64,000 bases of DNA from Candidatus Woesebacteria bacterium (GTDB taxonomy: Bacteria; Patescibacteriota; Microgenomatia; UBA8517): positions 335,123-399,122 of the forward strand of contig CP058602.1 in the NCBI GenBank assembly GCA_013426185.1, given 5' to 3'. Below the pieces are notes generated by a model. The model was not told the DNA's origin. It saw only the letters and a program-made list of their open reading frames with translations, and ran no database searches. Made by a program: the position numbers and the translations under genes. Below, piece by piece: positions 1 through 10,229 of this stretch. The stretch's first letter is position 1, and each line of letters opens with the position of its first letter.

Positions 1-60
1 AACAAGAGGTATATTTTTTTCCTCGTTTAGAGTGTTAATAACAACCGAAATCTTTTTCAT
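1..60 (-). CDS. Glycosyltransferase family 2, N-terminal fragment (runs off window)
   Basis: Minus-strand ATG at 60 reads MKKISVVINTLNEEKNIPLV, a typical GT2 N-terminal strand plus the NEE motif. Confidence 0.75.
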   Translation of the reverse strand, partial: MKKISVVINTLNEEKNIPLV

Positions 61-107
61 AAAAAGAGATAGCTATATTTTATCAGTTTTGGAGTAAATA
101 AGCACAA

Positions 108-1847
108 TCAATTGACTTGATAGATAGAAACCTTAGAATTCGAAAAAATAAGCTTAAGGCCAAGGGCATCTTGAGAAAAAGGAAGTTTTTGATAATCTAC
201 CAGATAAATATACTTTATCTTATAATTTTTCAGAAGACTTATTGAGGAATCAAAAGCCTTTCCAATAAACCAATTCTCAACCTCACTTCTTCTGTCTTTC
301 CAGTTATAACCCATTATTTCCATATTATTTTCGTCTTCAAGAAAGGTTGTCTTGTTCGAAAAAGCAGAAACATAAGCAGTTGAATCATAGAGGTACAAAG
401 GTTTAGGACCCTCAAAACCACTTTTGTTCAAAGGATAAAATGGATAAGTCAACGTCACACCTTCTGGCAATTTCTTAAGAAAATTCAAGGCTTCTACCTC
501 TTCTTTGGGAAGAAAAGCAGGTGGCTGAGGAGTAAGGTATATATCCTTTAAAGAAATAATAGTTGTAGGGATAATCAGGATAATCAAAAAGGAAACAGAA
601 ACAAGCCTAAGAAATATACTCAAATGATGTTTTTCCACAATACCACCCACCCAGACCCCGGCAAGAATGCCCATAAAAAACAACGAATAATAGAAAAACT
701 GTATGGTATTCCAAGCTGTACCCTTCTGTAGAAACAAAGTTGGTAAAATTATTCCAGATAAAATAATACTAAAAGCAAAAACAACCCAAGGATCAAAAGA
801 CCCCCTTGACTTCAGCAGTTGTTTAATCTCTAAAAATCCAATTATTCTTGTACCAAGGTTGCCAATCAAAAAAACAAGAAAAGAAAAAGAATAGATCAAA
901 ATATATTTAAAAATAATCCCTCTAGTCTTGTAAGAAATCATTGCCTCAGCTAGCTTTGGTGAATAAAATCTATCACTTGCAGCAAACATAGATTCCAAAA
1001 ACCAAAATGGCTGAAAAACAAACATCCCAAAAGAAGGCTTACCTAACAACAAGAAATAAACCAAAATGTATAAGAAACTTGAGGCAAGAAAAACCTTGAA
1101 AAATAAGAAATCTCTCCTTTTTAAAATATTCCAAACAGCAAATAAAAGCAAACCAAAAAGAGAAAGTACCCCACCATAAGCCTTTACCCCAGACAAAAGG
1201 CCAAAAACAAATACACAAACCCAAAAGCGAGATGTGTTATATTCTTCATAAAGCTTGACCAGATTTAAAAGCCCAAAAAGGAGCAAAATTAAAGATAGAG
1301 CATAGGGGGGATTTATTAAGGTAGAAACAGCCTGCTGTGCCCAAAAAGCAGATTCTCCCTTACCAAACAAGTATCCAAACGACCCCCCAAAGTAAGTAAA
1401 AAACACTGCAAAAAAAGATTTAACAGAGGACTGGGTTACATAAAAGATAAGCTTATAAACTAAAAGACCTATTAACAAAGACATAACAGGGGGAAGAAGC
1501 TGAAAATATAATCTCAAGACAGAGATACCTGTAATTTTGTGTAAAATAGCAACCAAGAAGTCAAAACCTGGATGGTAATTCTGCAAAGAAAAACCTGCCA
1601 GAGTAGGCACAGAAAAGGATCCTCTTGCCAAAGAAGATGCCAACGCCAGATGCCAAATGCCATCGTGACCATTTGCACCCCAAAAGCCTATTCCCAAAGA
1701 ACAATCACGAGGAAAACACAAGCCACTTCGAACCATAGTCAAAGACCAAGTAACTGATCCAAGAACTATCAGAGACAAGATAAGCTTATTTTCCCCTACC
1801 AAAAAATACTTTAAAACTTTTTTTAACATCTTCTTTAAAAACTTCAC
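108..1847 (-). CDS. Multi-pass membrane protein, putative GT-C fold glycosyltransferase
   Basis: 579 aa with many TM segments, HDxxWH after TM1 and a soluble C-terminal domain; lies in a glycosylation cluster. Start may be the ATG at 1829. Confidence 0.6.
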   Translation of the reverse strand: MKFLKKMLKKVLKYFLVGENKLILSLIVLGSVTWSLTMVRSGLCFPRDCSLGIGFWGANGHDGIWHLALASSLARGSFSVPTLAGFSLQNYHPGFDFLVAILHKITGISVLRLYFQLLPPVMSLLIGLLVYKLIFYVTQSSVKSFFAVFFTYFGGSFGYLFGKGESAFWAQQAVSTLINPPYALSLILLLFGLLNLVKLYEEYNTSRFWVCVFVFGLLSGVKAYGGVLSLFGLLLFAVWNILKRRDFLFFKVFLASSFLYILVYFLLLGKPSFGMFVFQPFWFLESMFAASDRFYSPKLAEAMISYKTRGIIFKYILIYSFSFLVFLIGNLGTRIIGFLEIKQLLKSRGSFDPWVVFAFSIILSGIILPTLFLQKGTAWNTIQFFYYSLFFMGILAGVWVGGIVEKHHLSIFLRLVSVSFLIILIIPTTIISLKDIYLTPQPPAFLPKEEVEALNFLKKLPEGVTLTYPFYPLNKSGFEGPKPLYLYDSTAYVSAFSNKTTFLEDENNMEIMGYNWKDRRSEVENWFIGKAFDSSISLLKNYKIKYIYLVDYQKLPFSQDALGLKLIFSNSKVSIYQVN

Positions 1848-3276
1848 CCACCAAAAGATAAATCAAGACAAGATAAGAAAAGGCACCTACTAAAATTAAA
1901 AGTATTAAGGATTTTACATTCAAAGGCAAATTAATCCTTAAGAAGACAACAAGAAAAAACATAACAAGCGAAGAAAGAAGGGGTTTTAAAAAAGAGCGAG
2001 AGAAGGAAAAAGGCAAGAATCTTCTAACTATAATTATAGCAACAACAGAGCTTGCTCCCAAAAGTAAATAACCAAAAGCAGCACCATTAACTCCAAATCT
2101 ATAAGCCAAAAAAGGAATCAAGAGCCAAGATAAGATAGTCCACATCACCATTAATTTAAAGGTTGTTTTGATTCTACCTGTCGCGTTTAAAAGATTCGTC
2201 AATTGCGTACTTACCGCTGCAAAGACCGTATTACCACCTATTAAATAAAGCGGTATTAAAGCCGGCTGCCACTTGATGTATTTAGGAATAATTTCAACCA
2301 GAAGCGGAGCAAGAGCAAGTAGCCCAAAAAGAGAAGGAAAAACCAAAAGAGAAATGAAAAATAAAGATCTTTCAAGCGATGAGCGCAACTGGTCTTTTTC
2401 ATACTGCATCCGGGAAAAAGCAGGAAAAGTAACTTTAATTACCTGGTCCATAAAAAATCTCAAAGGCGCTTGTCCCCATTTTTGTGCCCATCCCAAAAAG
2501 CCAAGCCCCGCCCCTCCCAAAATTCCTCCTAAAACCGCGGTCAAGCCATCATCTTTAACCGTCGCAAGCAAGGTGTTAACCTGATAAGGTAAGCCAAATT
2601 TAATCAAATGAGAAAAAGAAGACCTGGCAAAAAGAATCTTGGGTTTCCAAGGCCGAAGTAGGTACATAGCAACAAGGCCTACCAATCCCCTTGCCAAAAC
2701 ACTATAAGTGAAACTTCTTAAACCAAATCCACGCCAGGCAAGAAATACGGCTAAGATGTTGTAGGTCAAATTTTCCAAGATCTGTGGAAGGACCAGTTTT
2801 CCAAATTCAAGCTCACGCTCGAGCAAGACTGAAGGAATCGTCTTTAAAGAGGACAAAAAAAGGCTTATACCAAGAGAGTAAAGCAAAAGTTTACCCTCAA
2901 AATCAAGATTATAGATTTTGACAAAAATTGGCGTGGCAAAAAAAAGCACAATAAGAATGACAAAAACCAAAAGCTCTTGAACCAAAAATGTGGTAGACAA
3001 ATCTTCTTCTATAACCTTCTCTTTTTTCTGAATCAGAGCTGCAGCAAGACCAATATCGCTAAAATAAGCTAAAAAATTAACTACAGCTGAAACCATCCAA
3101 AATATTCCAAATTGAGAAGGATCAAGAAAGACAGTTAAAAGCCCTGTTGCCAAAAAAGATAAAATACTCAAAAAAAATGTCCTCCCTGTCAAAACAACCA
3201 CGCCTTTAACCGCTCTTTTTTTGACAACTTCAAGATCAATTTCCGGACTGGTGTTTAAATTCTCATCAATTGACAC
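1786..3276 (-). CDS. Wzx-type oligosaccharide flippase (MOP family)
   Basis: KRAVKGV...FSDIGLAAALIQKK...LERELEFGKL...FPAFSRMQ pattern with 12-14 TM segments; GTG start. Confidence 0.85.
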   Translation of the reverse strand: MSIDENLNTSPEIDLEVVKKRAVKGVVVLTGRTFFLSILSFLATGLLTVFLDPSQFGIFWMVSAVVNFLAYFSDIGLAAALIQKKEKVIEEDLSTTFLVQELLVFVILIVLFFATPIFVKIYNLDFEGKLLLYSLGISLFLSSLKTIPSVLLERELEFGKLVLPQILENLTYNILAVFLAWRGFGLRSFTYSVLARGLVGLVAMYLLRPWKPKILFARSSFSHLIKFGLPYQVNTLLATVKDDGLTAVLGGILGGAGLGFLGWAQKWGQAPLRFFMDQVIKVTFPAFSRMQYEKDQLRSSLERSLFFISLLVFPSLFGLLALAPLLVEIIPKYIKWQPALIPLYLIGGNTVFAAVSTQLTNLLNATGRIKTTFKLMVMWTILSWLLIPFLAYRFGVNGAAFGYLLLGASSVVAIIIVRRFLPFSFSRSFLKPLLSSLVMFFLVVFLRINLPLNVKSLILLILVGAFSYLVLIYLLVGEVFKEDVKKSFKVFFGRGK

Positions 3277-3307
3277 ACTTTGATTTTAGCAGAAAATAAT
3301 CTAAAGG

Positions 3308-4831
3308 CTAATCCACCTTATAGAAAAGAAGCTTTTCAAAACTCCCATCTTTTTTCTTTGCCTTCGGATATTCGGCCAATCTTTGAAGATGCGAAAAATC
3401 ACTTATTTTGCTTCTTGAACTATTAACCACAAAAAATGTCAAAACACCGTTCTTTGAAGACTCTATTAACCCTGAAGGCACCTCTTTGAAATCAAGCCCC
3501 ATACCGGCTACTTTGATATTTGGATAAGAATTAAGATAAATCTGTAAACCATCAGGAAGTGTGCCAAAATAACCTTCAGTTCCAACCAAAATCTCCTGCC
3601 CATTCTTTTCTTTTGACAGTGTCACTAAATAATTAGCAACTTCTTTTATTCCATATCCCGCAGTCCACTCTTCAAGATATCCAGAACGCTCATTTTTAGG
3701 CAAAAAAGCCGATTCTTTCCTAAACGCAAAGCTTACATTTTGAAAAATAGAAAAGGTAACAAAACCTAATAAAAACAACCAAGTCAAAACTTTTAATTTT
3801 CTTGAGAAGAAAGAAAGAGAAGAGATAAGAACAAAATAAGGCAAGATAAAAAGAATGTATCTGGCAGTAAAGACCTTCGCGTACTCAGCTTGGATTAAAA
3901 GTGGAAGCAAAAAGAGTATAAGTAAGAACAAGGTTTGCTTTTTAAAATAAATAAATCCTTGCCAAACACCAATAACAAAGAGAATGATTAAAAATAATGA
4001 ATTAAAATAAAAGAACCATAGGAAAATATCTTTCAAATGACCAAAAAATGGATTAAAAGGATCTTCTAAAATATGCGAGAGGGAAAAGACATAATCATAG
4101 TTACGGGAAGATAAAAGATGGAAATTAGGGCCAAGACGAAGGATGTTATAAATTCCGTAGGCGATAATATAAGTTAAAAAAAGCAAAAAAAACGAATTTA
4201 AAATTTGCTTTTTTACTTCTCTTTTCTGCCAATCTTGCAAAAGCAAGACCGAAGGTAAGAAAAGAACAAAAAACAATGCCGGCGATTTGGTAATTAAGGC
4301 TGCGCCAAGAGAAAATCCCGAAAAAACAGCAAGATCTGTTCTTTTATATTTAAGCGACAAGAAAGAAAGCAAAAAAGCCCAAAGACCAAACATAGAAAGC
4401 ATACTGTCAACCAAAGCCATCCTCTCAAAGAAAACTGCAAAAGGAGAAAAAGCATATAAGAAAAGAGAGAAAATAGTTATTCTTTTATCCTTGAAAAGAA
4501 AAAGAGAAAAAATCATAATTCCAAACATTGTTAAAAGTCCGCAAAGAAGGGATAAAAACCTTCCAGCAAAAAGAGGGTCTGTAAATAATTTCAAAAATGG
4601 AATCATTACCCACATAAAAAGAGGTTGTTTTCCATCTGAAAGAGGCAAAAAACGAAGAGTTTCCTCCGCTCTCATCACCTGAGCCCACCGAATATAAATT
4701 GCCTCATCAGCAAAAATTGGCCATGAAGTAAGGTTAACAATTCTAAAAACAAAACCGACAAGAAATAAAATAAAGGACAAAAAAAGAAAATTCTTGTCCT
4801 TTATGACTTCTCTTTGCAAAAAGGATCTCAT
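3308..4831 (-). CDS. ArnT/PMT-like (GT39/GT83) membrane glycosyltransferase
   Basis: FADEAIY loop after TM1, DGKQPLF, RMALVDSML; paralog of 45687..47156. Confidence 0.8.
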   Translation of the reverse strand: MRSFLQREVIKDKNFLFLSFILFLVGFVFRIVNLTSWPIFADEAIYIRWAQVMRAEETLRFLPLSDGKQPLFMWVMIPFLKLFTDPLFAGRFLSLLCGLLTMFGIMIFSLFLFKDKRITIFSLFLYAFSPFAVFFERMALVDSMLSMFGLWAFLLSFLSLKYKRTDLAVFSGFSLGAALITKSPALFFVLFLPSVLLLQDWQKREVKKQILNSFFLLFLTYIIAYGIYNILRLGPNFHLLSSRNYDYVFSLSHILEDPFNPFFGHLKDIFLWFFYFNSLFLIILFVIGVWQGFIYFKKQTLFLLILFLLPLLIQAEYAKVFTARYILFILPYFVLISSLSFFSRKLKVLTWLFLLGFVTFSIFQNVSFAFRKESAFLPKNERSGYLEEWTAGYGIKEVANYLVTLSKEKNGQEILVGTEGYFGTLPDGLQIYLNSYPNIKVAGMGLDFKEVPSGLIESSKNGVLTFFVVNSSRSKISDFSHLQRLAEYPKAKKKDGSFEKLLFYKVD

Positions 4832-4834
4832 AAA

Positions 4835-5599
4835 CTAGTCATACAGTCCTTTTAAATCATTAAGCTTAACTCTCAAGATCTGAAACAACATTTCCTTTGA
4901 TTCTTTAAAATACTTGGCTAAAGGCGATCCTTTGGTCTTACTTTTATCCCTATCATTCCATAAAACAGGAACTTCAACTATGCGACCACCAGCTTTTTTA
5001 ATAAGATGGAGAAGTTCAACATCATAAGAAGTAACAATCCAACCCTTTTTACTCTTCTTGTCTTTGAAAAACTCAAGTTTGGGGAAAACTTTTTTCAAAA
5101 GAGAGCTTTCAAAGAGTTTGAAACCACATTGAGTATCTACTATTTCAGGCAAAATAAGCATTCTCCTAAAAGCCATAAAAATAAAGGCTCCGATCTTCCG
5201 ATAAATTGGAAAATCTTTTCTAACCACCCCTCTTGAACCAATTATTGCTTCAACTTTGTCTTTTGTATAAGGCAAGAGCTTTTTCAGCTCAGCAATGGGA
5301 GTCGACTGATCCATGTCAGTAAAAAGTATGTATTCTCCCTTTGCTTTTTTAATCCCTCCAAGAAGAGCATGCGGTTTCCCTCCGTGAGAATTTTCTACTA
5401 AGATAAAATTCTTAAACTTTTTTATCTTTTCCTTTATTAGCTCCCTGCTATTATCAGAGCTGCCGTCATCTGAAACTAGAACTTCCCAGCTAAATCCCTG
5501 CCTCTTTAAAAAATCATAAACCTCTTCAAGCACACCTCTTTTTATATTTTCAGCTTCGTTATAACAAGGAATTATTACTGAAAGAAATACTCTTTCCAT
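4835..5599 (-). CDS. GT2 polyprenol-phosphate glycosyltransferase (DPM/DPG synthase-like)
   Basis: SVIIPCYNE, DDGSSD, FTDMDQS, DTQCGFK motifs. Confidence 0.9.
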   Translation of the reverse strand: MERVFLSVIIPCYNEAENIKRGVLEEVYDFLKRQGFSWEVLVSDDGSSDNSRELIKEKIKKFKNFILVENSHGGKPHALLGGIKKAKGEYILFTDMDQSTPIAELKKLLPYTKDKVEAIIGSRGVVRKDFPIYRKIGAFIFMAFRRMLILPEIVDTQCGFKLFESSLLKKVFPKLEFFKDKKSKKGWIVTSYDVELLHLIKKAGGRIVEVPVLWNDRDKSKTKGSPLAKYFKESKEMLFQILRVKLNDLKGLYD

Positions 5600-5629
5600 T
5601 TCCTCTATATTACCAAATTAAGCCCCAAA

Positions 5630-8600
5630 CTACCAACCAAAATCAAGAGGATTAAAACAAAGAGAATAAGCCTTTATATTGATCGGGCAATTCTGCCTTG
5701 AAGGACTGACAATCTGAATTAAAGGGGAGCCATCCTTCTTGTTGTAACCAATATTATTAAAACTAAGAAGATAATAAAAACCAGCGTCTTTTCCTTCAGC
5801 TATATCAAGGGAGATATCGTAATTTCTATTTTCAAAAACAGCTTTAAGAGAAGAGATAACTTTCTCTTTATAAAAAATACTCTCATTATCGGAATTGTAA
5901 AGAGGAAGACTAAATTTTAAAAGCAAGATTAAAATAGCCAAAAAGACAGGTATTATTCTTAATTTAAAAGTAGAGAAAAATCTATCAAACCAAAAAGAAA
6001 AAAGCAAAACAAAAATAGGCAAAGAAAAATTAAAATAATATTCCGAGGGCCTAAAATGATAAACAAACAAAAAGACGAAAAGAGATAAAACCAAAATTGA
6101 AAAAAGAATAAAAAGAATGTCCTTCTTAAGATTATCTTTCTCATAAAAATAAAACTTAAAAGAAACAAAAAGAACCAAAAGATAAAAAACAAAAGAAACA
6201 GTTTTCGAAAAGCCAAAACCAAAAACTATAGAAAGAAAATTTTGCCAGACTTCAATCAAGCCACCCTCCTGAATAGCAGAATTGCCAAAATTAAGGATTA
6301 AATTGAGGTTCAAAAAGTTATGCCTTACATCAAAAATAAAAATCGGAGAGAAAACAAGAATAAAAGAGAGAAAAAGCAAAAGCATTTTTTTAGACAAACA
6401 ATTTTTACCACCTCTAAATAAAGCTAAAACTATAAAGGGCAAATAAAAAGTTGACTCTATATGAAAAGAAATTCCCAAAAAATATATTAAGGACAAAAAG
6501 AAAAAAATAATTAGTTTTCTTGTCTTGAAATAAAGGTGATAAAGAAAAAGAAGAAGGAAAAAAATTAAAGGAACAAGAAGCGGGTTCCAAGGAACACGGT
6601 CAATTGCTATTGCGCCCGGCAAGAACGACCAAACCAAAATAAACCAAAAAGGAACTTTATTGTCAAAAATTTTTGATAAAGAAATCATGGAAATCACAAA
6701 AAATAAAACCCAGTAGAAAAACAAAAAGGCAACTAAAGAAGGAAGTGAATTAAGCTTAAATAAAAAATAAAAAGGAGAAAGAAGATAGAAAAAATAAGGA
6801 GGTAGGAAAAAACCATCTCGCCCCACAACACGAGGACCTATTAAAGTTAATTTGCCTCCTATGATATCTCGAACAAAAAAAGCATCACGCTCCTGATCCC
6901 AACCAAAAAGAAGGCGGGTATCTAGATTGTAAGATCTCAAAAACAGAAAAACTAATAAAAAGAGAGAAATAAAAACAATCTTCTTGTTCGTGTAAGAAGC
7001 AAGTATGATAAAAAACCAAAGAACAAAAAACGACAAACTTAGAAGATTAAAAAACTTTTGAATAGGAGTTTGAACTATTCGCCAAGAAATCAGATTATAG
7101 TCACGAAATTCGCTTGCATCAATACAAACACGACCGTTACAATTTTTATAAGGCACTTTATCTTTCCCGTTAATATTAAATTCGTAAGCTAAAGGAAAAT
7201 ATTCCAGAGCAAAAATAACATCATCTTTCATATTCTTATTAAGAGTTAATTTAACCGTCCCGGAAGTAGAGTTCCGGCTGACCAAATCAAAATTAGAGAA
7301 TGATCCACTTACAAACTTCTCACCTAAATTACAGAGTGATTTTGACCCGTTACTCGAGATTTCGTCAGCGATAGTCGTGGTACCTACAAAGTTAGGATAC
7401 GAAAAATCCTCAAACCACAATTTCCTATCTTGATTAATATTCAACACTCGTAAATGATTGCGATTACCAACAACGCCAAGAAAAACTAGTAAAAATGCAA
7501 GAAGTAAGTAAACTCTCTTCTTCTCTCTTAAGCTAGACAAAGTATAAACAGATAAACTTGAAACAAGAAAAACAGAGACACCCAAAATTCTCCATGGATA
7601 TTGAACTTCTTGCAAAACTTTAATTTCTTCCCAAACAAAACCTGAATAAGGAAGAAGTAGGAATAAAGATAGAATCGATAAAGAAAAATAAAAAAATAAC
7701 CAAAAGTGGTTATACCAAAAAGAAGAATATCTCTTATTCCGCTTTTTGAAAAGATAAAAAATTAAAAAAAGAGAAGCAAAAAGAACAAGCCATTGGGAAT
7801 AACCCAACATAAAGGACATTCCGTCGTTATTACCTTTCACCGAGAAAAAATATCCCCAAGGCGAACGAAAGATTTGAAATAAACTTGGAAAATGATCCCT
7901 ATAATCAACAATATTTGAAACCCCTAGCCTAACATAAGACCTTTCTAGTAAAGCTGGACCAACAAAAAAAGAGGATAAACCAAGCATGCTCAAAAAGGAA
8001 AAGCTTAAGGCAACAAAGTCTTTTTTACCAGAATTCCTCACTTTCAGAAGAGATGCGAAAGAAACCAGAACAAGAAGAGGAAAAACAAGCATTACCACAA
8101 TATTGTGAGACAGGATAAATAAGGAACCAAAAATAGTAAAAGCAAATAAATATAACAACTTTTTCTTAGATGATTTTTCCTTCAGAAAACAAGAGAGAAA
8201 AAAAAGAACAACAGGAAAAATAGCGTAGGACAAAAATTCAAGGGATCCTCTGACAAAAACCAAAAGAAAACGATAAGGAGCAAAAAGATAAAGAAAAGAA
8301 CCAACAAAAGAAGACAATTTATCTTGCGTTACATTTTTTGCCCAAAGATAAAAAAACCAAGAACCCGAAAAAAGAGAGAAAAAGATCAAAATCTTCCAGC
8401 TTAAAAAAATGTCATCCAAAAGAAAATATAAAAGAGCAAGTAGATAATAACCAAGAGGGTAAAAAAAATTAAAAATAGGTACGCCGCAACCATTATTTAA
8501 ACCAGAAGCCCATCTTAAGGGAAAATGACCAGATTTAAGCATCTGAAAAGCTTCAAGTCCGCGAGCGAGATTGTAGTCAAGATCATGCGCATAAAAGTAA

Positions 8601-8707
8601 TTTGAGGCAAAAAGAAAACGGCAGGTAAAAAGAGTCAAGAAAAACAAAACAAGAAACACCCAAAAATCCTTATTTTTCCTTAAAAACAAAGAAAGATTAT
8701 TCAGCAT
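5630..8707 (-). CDS. Fused membrane protein: PTPS-related/YfhO-like GT-C domain plus ArnT/PMT-like GT-C domain
   Basis: N-half HDLDYNLAR...PLRW...GVPIFNFFYP...QYPWR; C-half LRSYNL...GWDQERD...LIGP...PWNP resembles the next two genes. Confidence 0.7.
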   Translation of the reverse strand: MLNNLSLFLRKNKDFWVFLVLFFLTLFTCRFLFASNYFYAHDLDYNLARGLEAFQMLKSGHFPLRWASGLNNGCGVPIFNFFYPLGYYLLALLYFLLDDIFLSWKILIFFSLFSGSWFFYLWAKNVTQDKLSSFVGSFLYLFAPYRFLLVFVRGSLEFLSYAIFPVVLFFLSCFLKEKSSKKKLLYLFAFTIFGSLFILSHNIVVMLVFPLLVLVSFASLLKVRNSGKKDFVALSFSFLSMLGLSSFFVGPALLERSYVRLGVSNIVDYRDHFPSLFQIFRSPWGYFFSVKGNNDGMSFMLGYSQWLVLFASLFLIFYLFKKRNKRYSSFWYNHFWLFFYFSLSILSLFLLLPYSGFVWEEIKVLQEVQYPWRILGVSVFLVSSLSVYTLSSLREKKRVYLLLAFLLVFLGVVGNRNHLRVLNINQDRKLWFEDFSYPNFVGTTTIADEISSNGSKSLCNLGEKFVSGSFSNFDLVSRNSTSGTVKLTLNKNMKDDVIFALEYFPLAYEFNINGKDKVPYKNCNGRVCIDASEFRDYNLISWRIVQTPIQKFFNLLSLSFFVLWFFIILASYTNKKIVFISLFLLVFLFLRSYNLDTRLLFGWDQERDAFFVRDIIGGKLTLIGPRVVGRDGFFLPPYFFYLLSPFYFLFKLNSLPSLVAFLFFYWVLFFVISMISLSKIFDNKVPFWFILVWSFLPGAIAIDRVPWNPLLVPLIFFLLLFLYHLYFKTRKLIIFFFLSLIYFLGISFHIESTFYLPFIVLALFRGGKNCLSKKMLLLFLSFILVFSPIFIFDVRHNFLNLNLILNFGNSAIQEGGLIEVWQNFLSIVFGFGFSKTVSFVFYLLVLFVSFKFYFYEKDNLKKDILFILFSILVLSLFVFLFVYHFRPSEYYFNFSLPIFVLLFSFWFDRFFSTFKLRIIPVFLAILILLLKFSLPLYNSDNESIFYKEKVISSLKAVFENRNYDISLDIAEGKDAGFYYLLSFNNIGYNKKDGSPLIQIVSPSRQNCPINIKAYSLCFNPLDFGW

Positions 8708-10226
8708 ACGAAATACGCAGTCTCCTTTCTACTTTAATATCAAAAACACAAAACTCTTTTTCAATTCTTCCTATTTTATCTTGCCGCGCCATCCATTTTT
8801 CCAACCGTTCAGGATGAGCGCTATCCTTTTCGCTTAAAGTGTAAAGTAAATTAACCTGACTTTCTTTAGGTAAATAACCATATTTTTGAAAACCGTACCA
8901 TTTAAAAAGGTAGTCATAAGCATAAGAAATAACAGGAGGTACATAAACATCAACATTAAAGTCTCTACCTTTTGCATCTTGATACACCCAATCAATCGCC
9001 TTTAACTGATCCTCAAGAGTAATCGGATTATATTTTCTGAAGTCGTAAATAAAATATCTTGAAAGTAAATAAAAATTGCGACCCAGAAAAATTAAAATAA
9101 ATAAGACTATAATCAAATAACCTCTTTTAAATTTCGAAAGTTGCAACAATAAAAAAGAGAAAAAGATGACAAAATATAAATAAAAGCCGGTAAAATAATA
9201 GCCATAAATTACACCTTTATCACCTCGAAGAAACAACATCCCCAAAAGAGGAACAACTATTGACATTAAAACTGTCAGAAAATATTTATTTTTCTTTATT
9301 TCTTTAAACTCAAAGAGAGCAAAAAGCAAAAGAAGAACAAAAAACAAAATAAACAAAAGGCTTTTTTCTCCCCAAACAACCTCTGAAAAAGTATCAAGAT
9401 AAAGGTAAACACGAGATTTCAAAACTACCCAGAAAGATAAGTCAAAAGAACGACTAGAACTTAAAAATTGCATCAAGCCTTTTCTTATTACTCCATTATG
9501 ACGCATATCAAAAATAATCTGAGGCAAAAATGTAAAGACATAAAAAGAGGAAAAAAATAATATATTTTTAAAATTAAGAATCTTTCTTGACCAAATAAAA
9601 GCAATCAAAAAGGCAATAAGAGGATAAAACATATCAGCCGCTCCACCAAAATGCATAGATATACCGGACAAAAACCCAGAAAGCCAAAAATATTTTTCTT
9701 TCTTTTCAATAATTCCAAAAAGAGACCATAAGAACAAAACGCTTGATAAATACATCAAAGTTGGATTTGAAAGCCAATGAGAAGAAAGTATCAAAGAAAA
9801 GGAAAAACCTGAAATTATAAGAGACAAAAAAGCCAAATATTTTCCACCGATTTTAAGACAGAGGAAATACAAGATTAAGATTGCGCTAACTACCGAAAAA
9901 GATAAAAACCAAGCCGGAAAAACAGGATTCCCCTTCCCTAACCAATAAAAAGGAATCAAAAGCCAAAGGTACCAAGGGCCACGAGGGACATCACCTACCC
10001 CCATAGTCGGGCCTATTGTTGGACCTATCAAAAAAAATTTTCCATCTTTTAGAAAATTCCAAATAATTAGAGCGTCTCTTCCCTGATCAAAATAAAAACC
10101 CAAAAAACGATGGAGATTTAAAACTCGAACTAAAAATGCAAGAGAAATTGCTACCAGAAGAAAGTACTTTGATCCAATAAAGTTCAAAAAGAAATCCACA
10201 AAAGTAATTCTTTTCTTTGTGCTCAT
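8697..10226 (-). CDS. ArnT/PMT-like membrane glycosyltransferase
   Basis: FYFDQGRDA loop, LIGP, WLSNP, FDMRH; multi-TM. Confidence 0.8.
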   Translation of the reverse strand: MSTKKRITFVDFFLNFIGSKYFLLVAISLAFLVRVLNLHRFLGFYFDQGRDALIIWNFLKDGKFFLIGPTIGPTMGVGDVPRGPWYLWLLIPFYWLGKGNPVFPAWFLSFSVVSAILILYFLCLKIGGKYLAFLSLIISGFSFSLILSSHWLSNPTLMYLSSVLFLWSLFGIIEKKEKYFWLSGFLSGISMHFGGAADMFYPLIAFLIAFIWSRKILNFKNILFFSSFYVFTFLPQIIFDMRHNGVIRKGLMQFLSSSRSFDLSFWVVLKSRVYLYLDTFSEVVWGEKSLLFILFFVLLLLFALFEFKEIKKNKYFLTVLMSIVVPLLGMLFLRGDKGVIYGYYFTGFYLYFVIFFSFLLLQLSKFKRGYLIIVLFILIFLGRNFYLLSRYFIYDFRKYNPITLEDQLKAIDWVYQDAKGRDFNVDVYVPPVISYAYDYLFKWYGFQKYGYLPKESQVNLLYTLSEKDSAHPERLEKWMARQDKIGRIEKEFCVFDIKVERRLRISYAE

Positions 10227-10229
10227 AAT

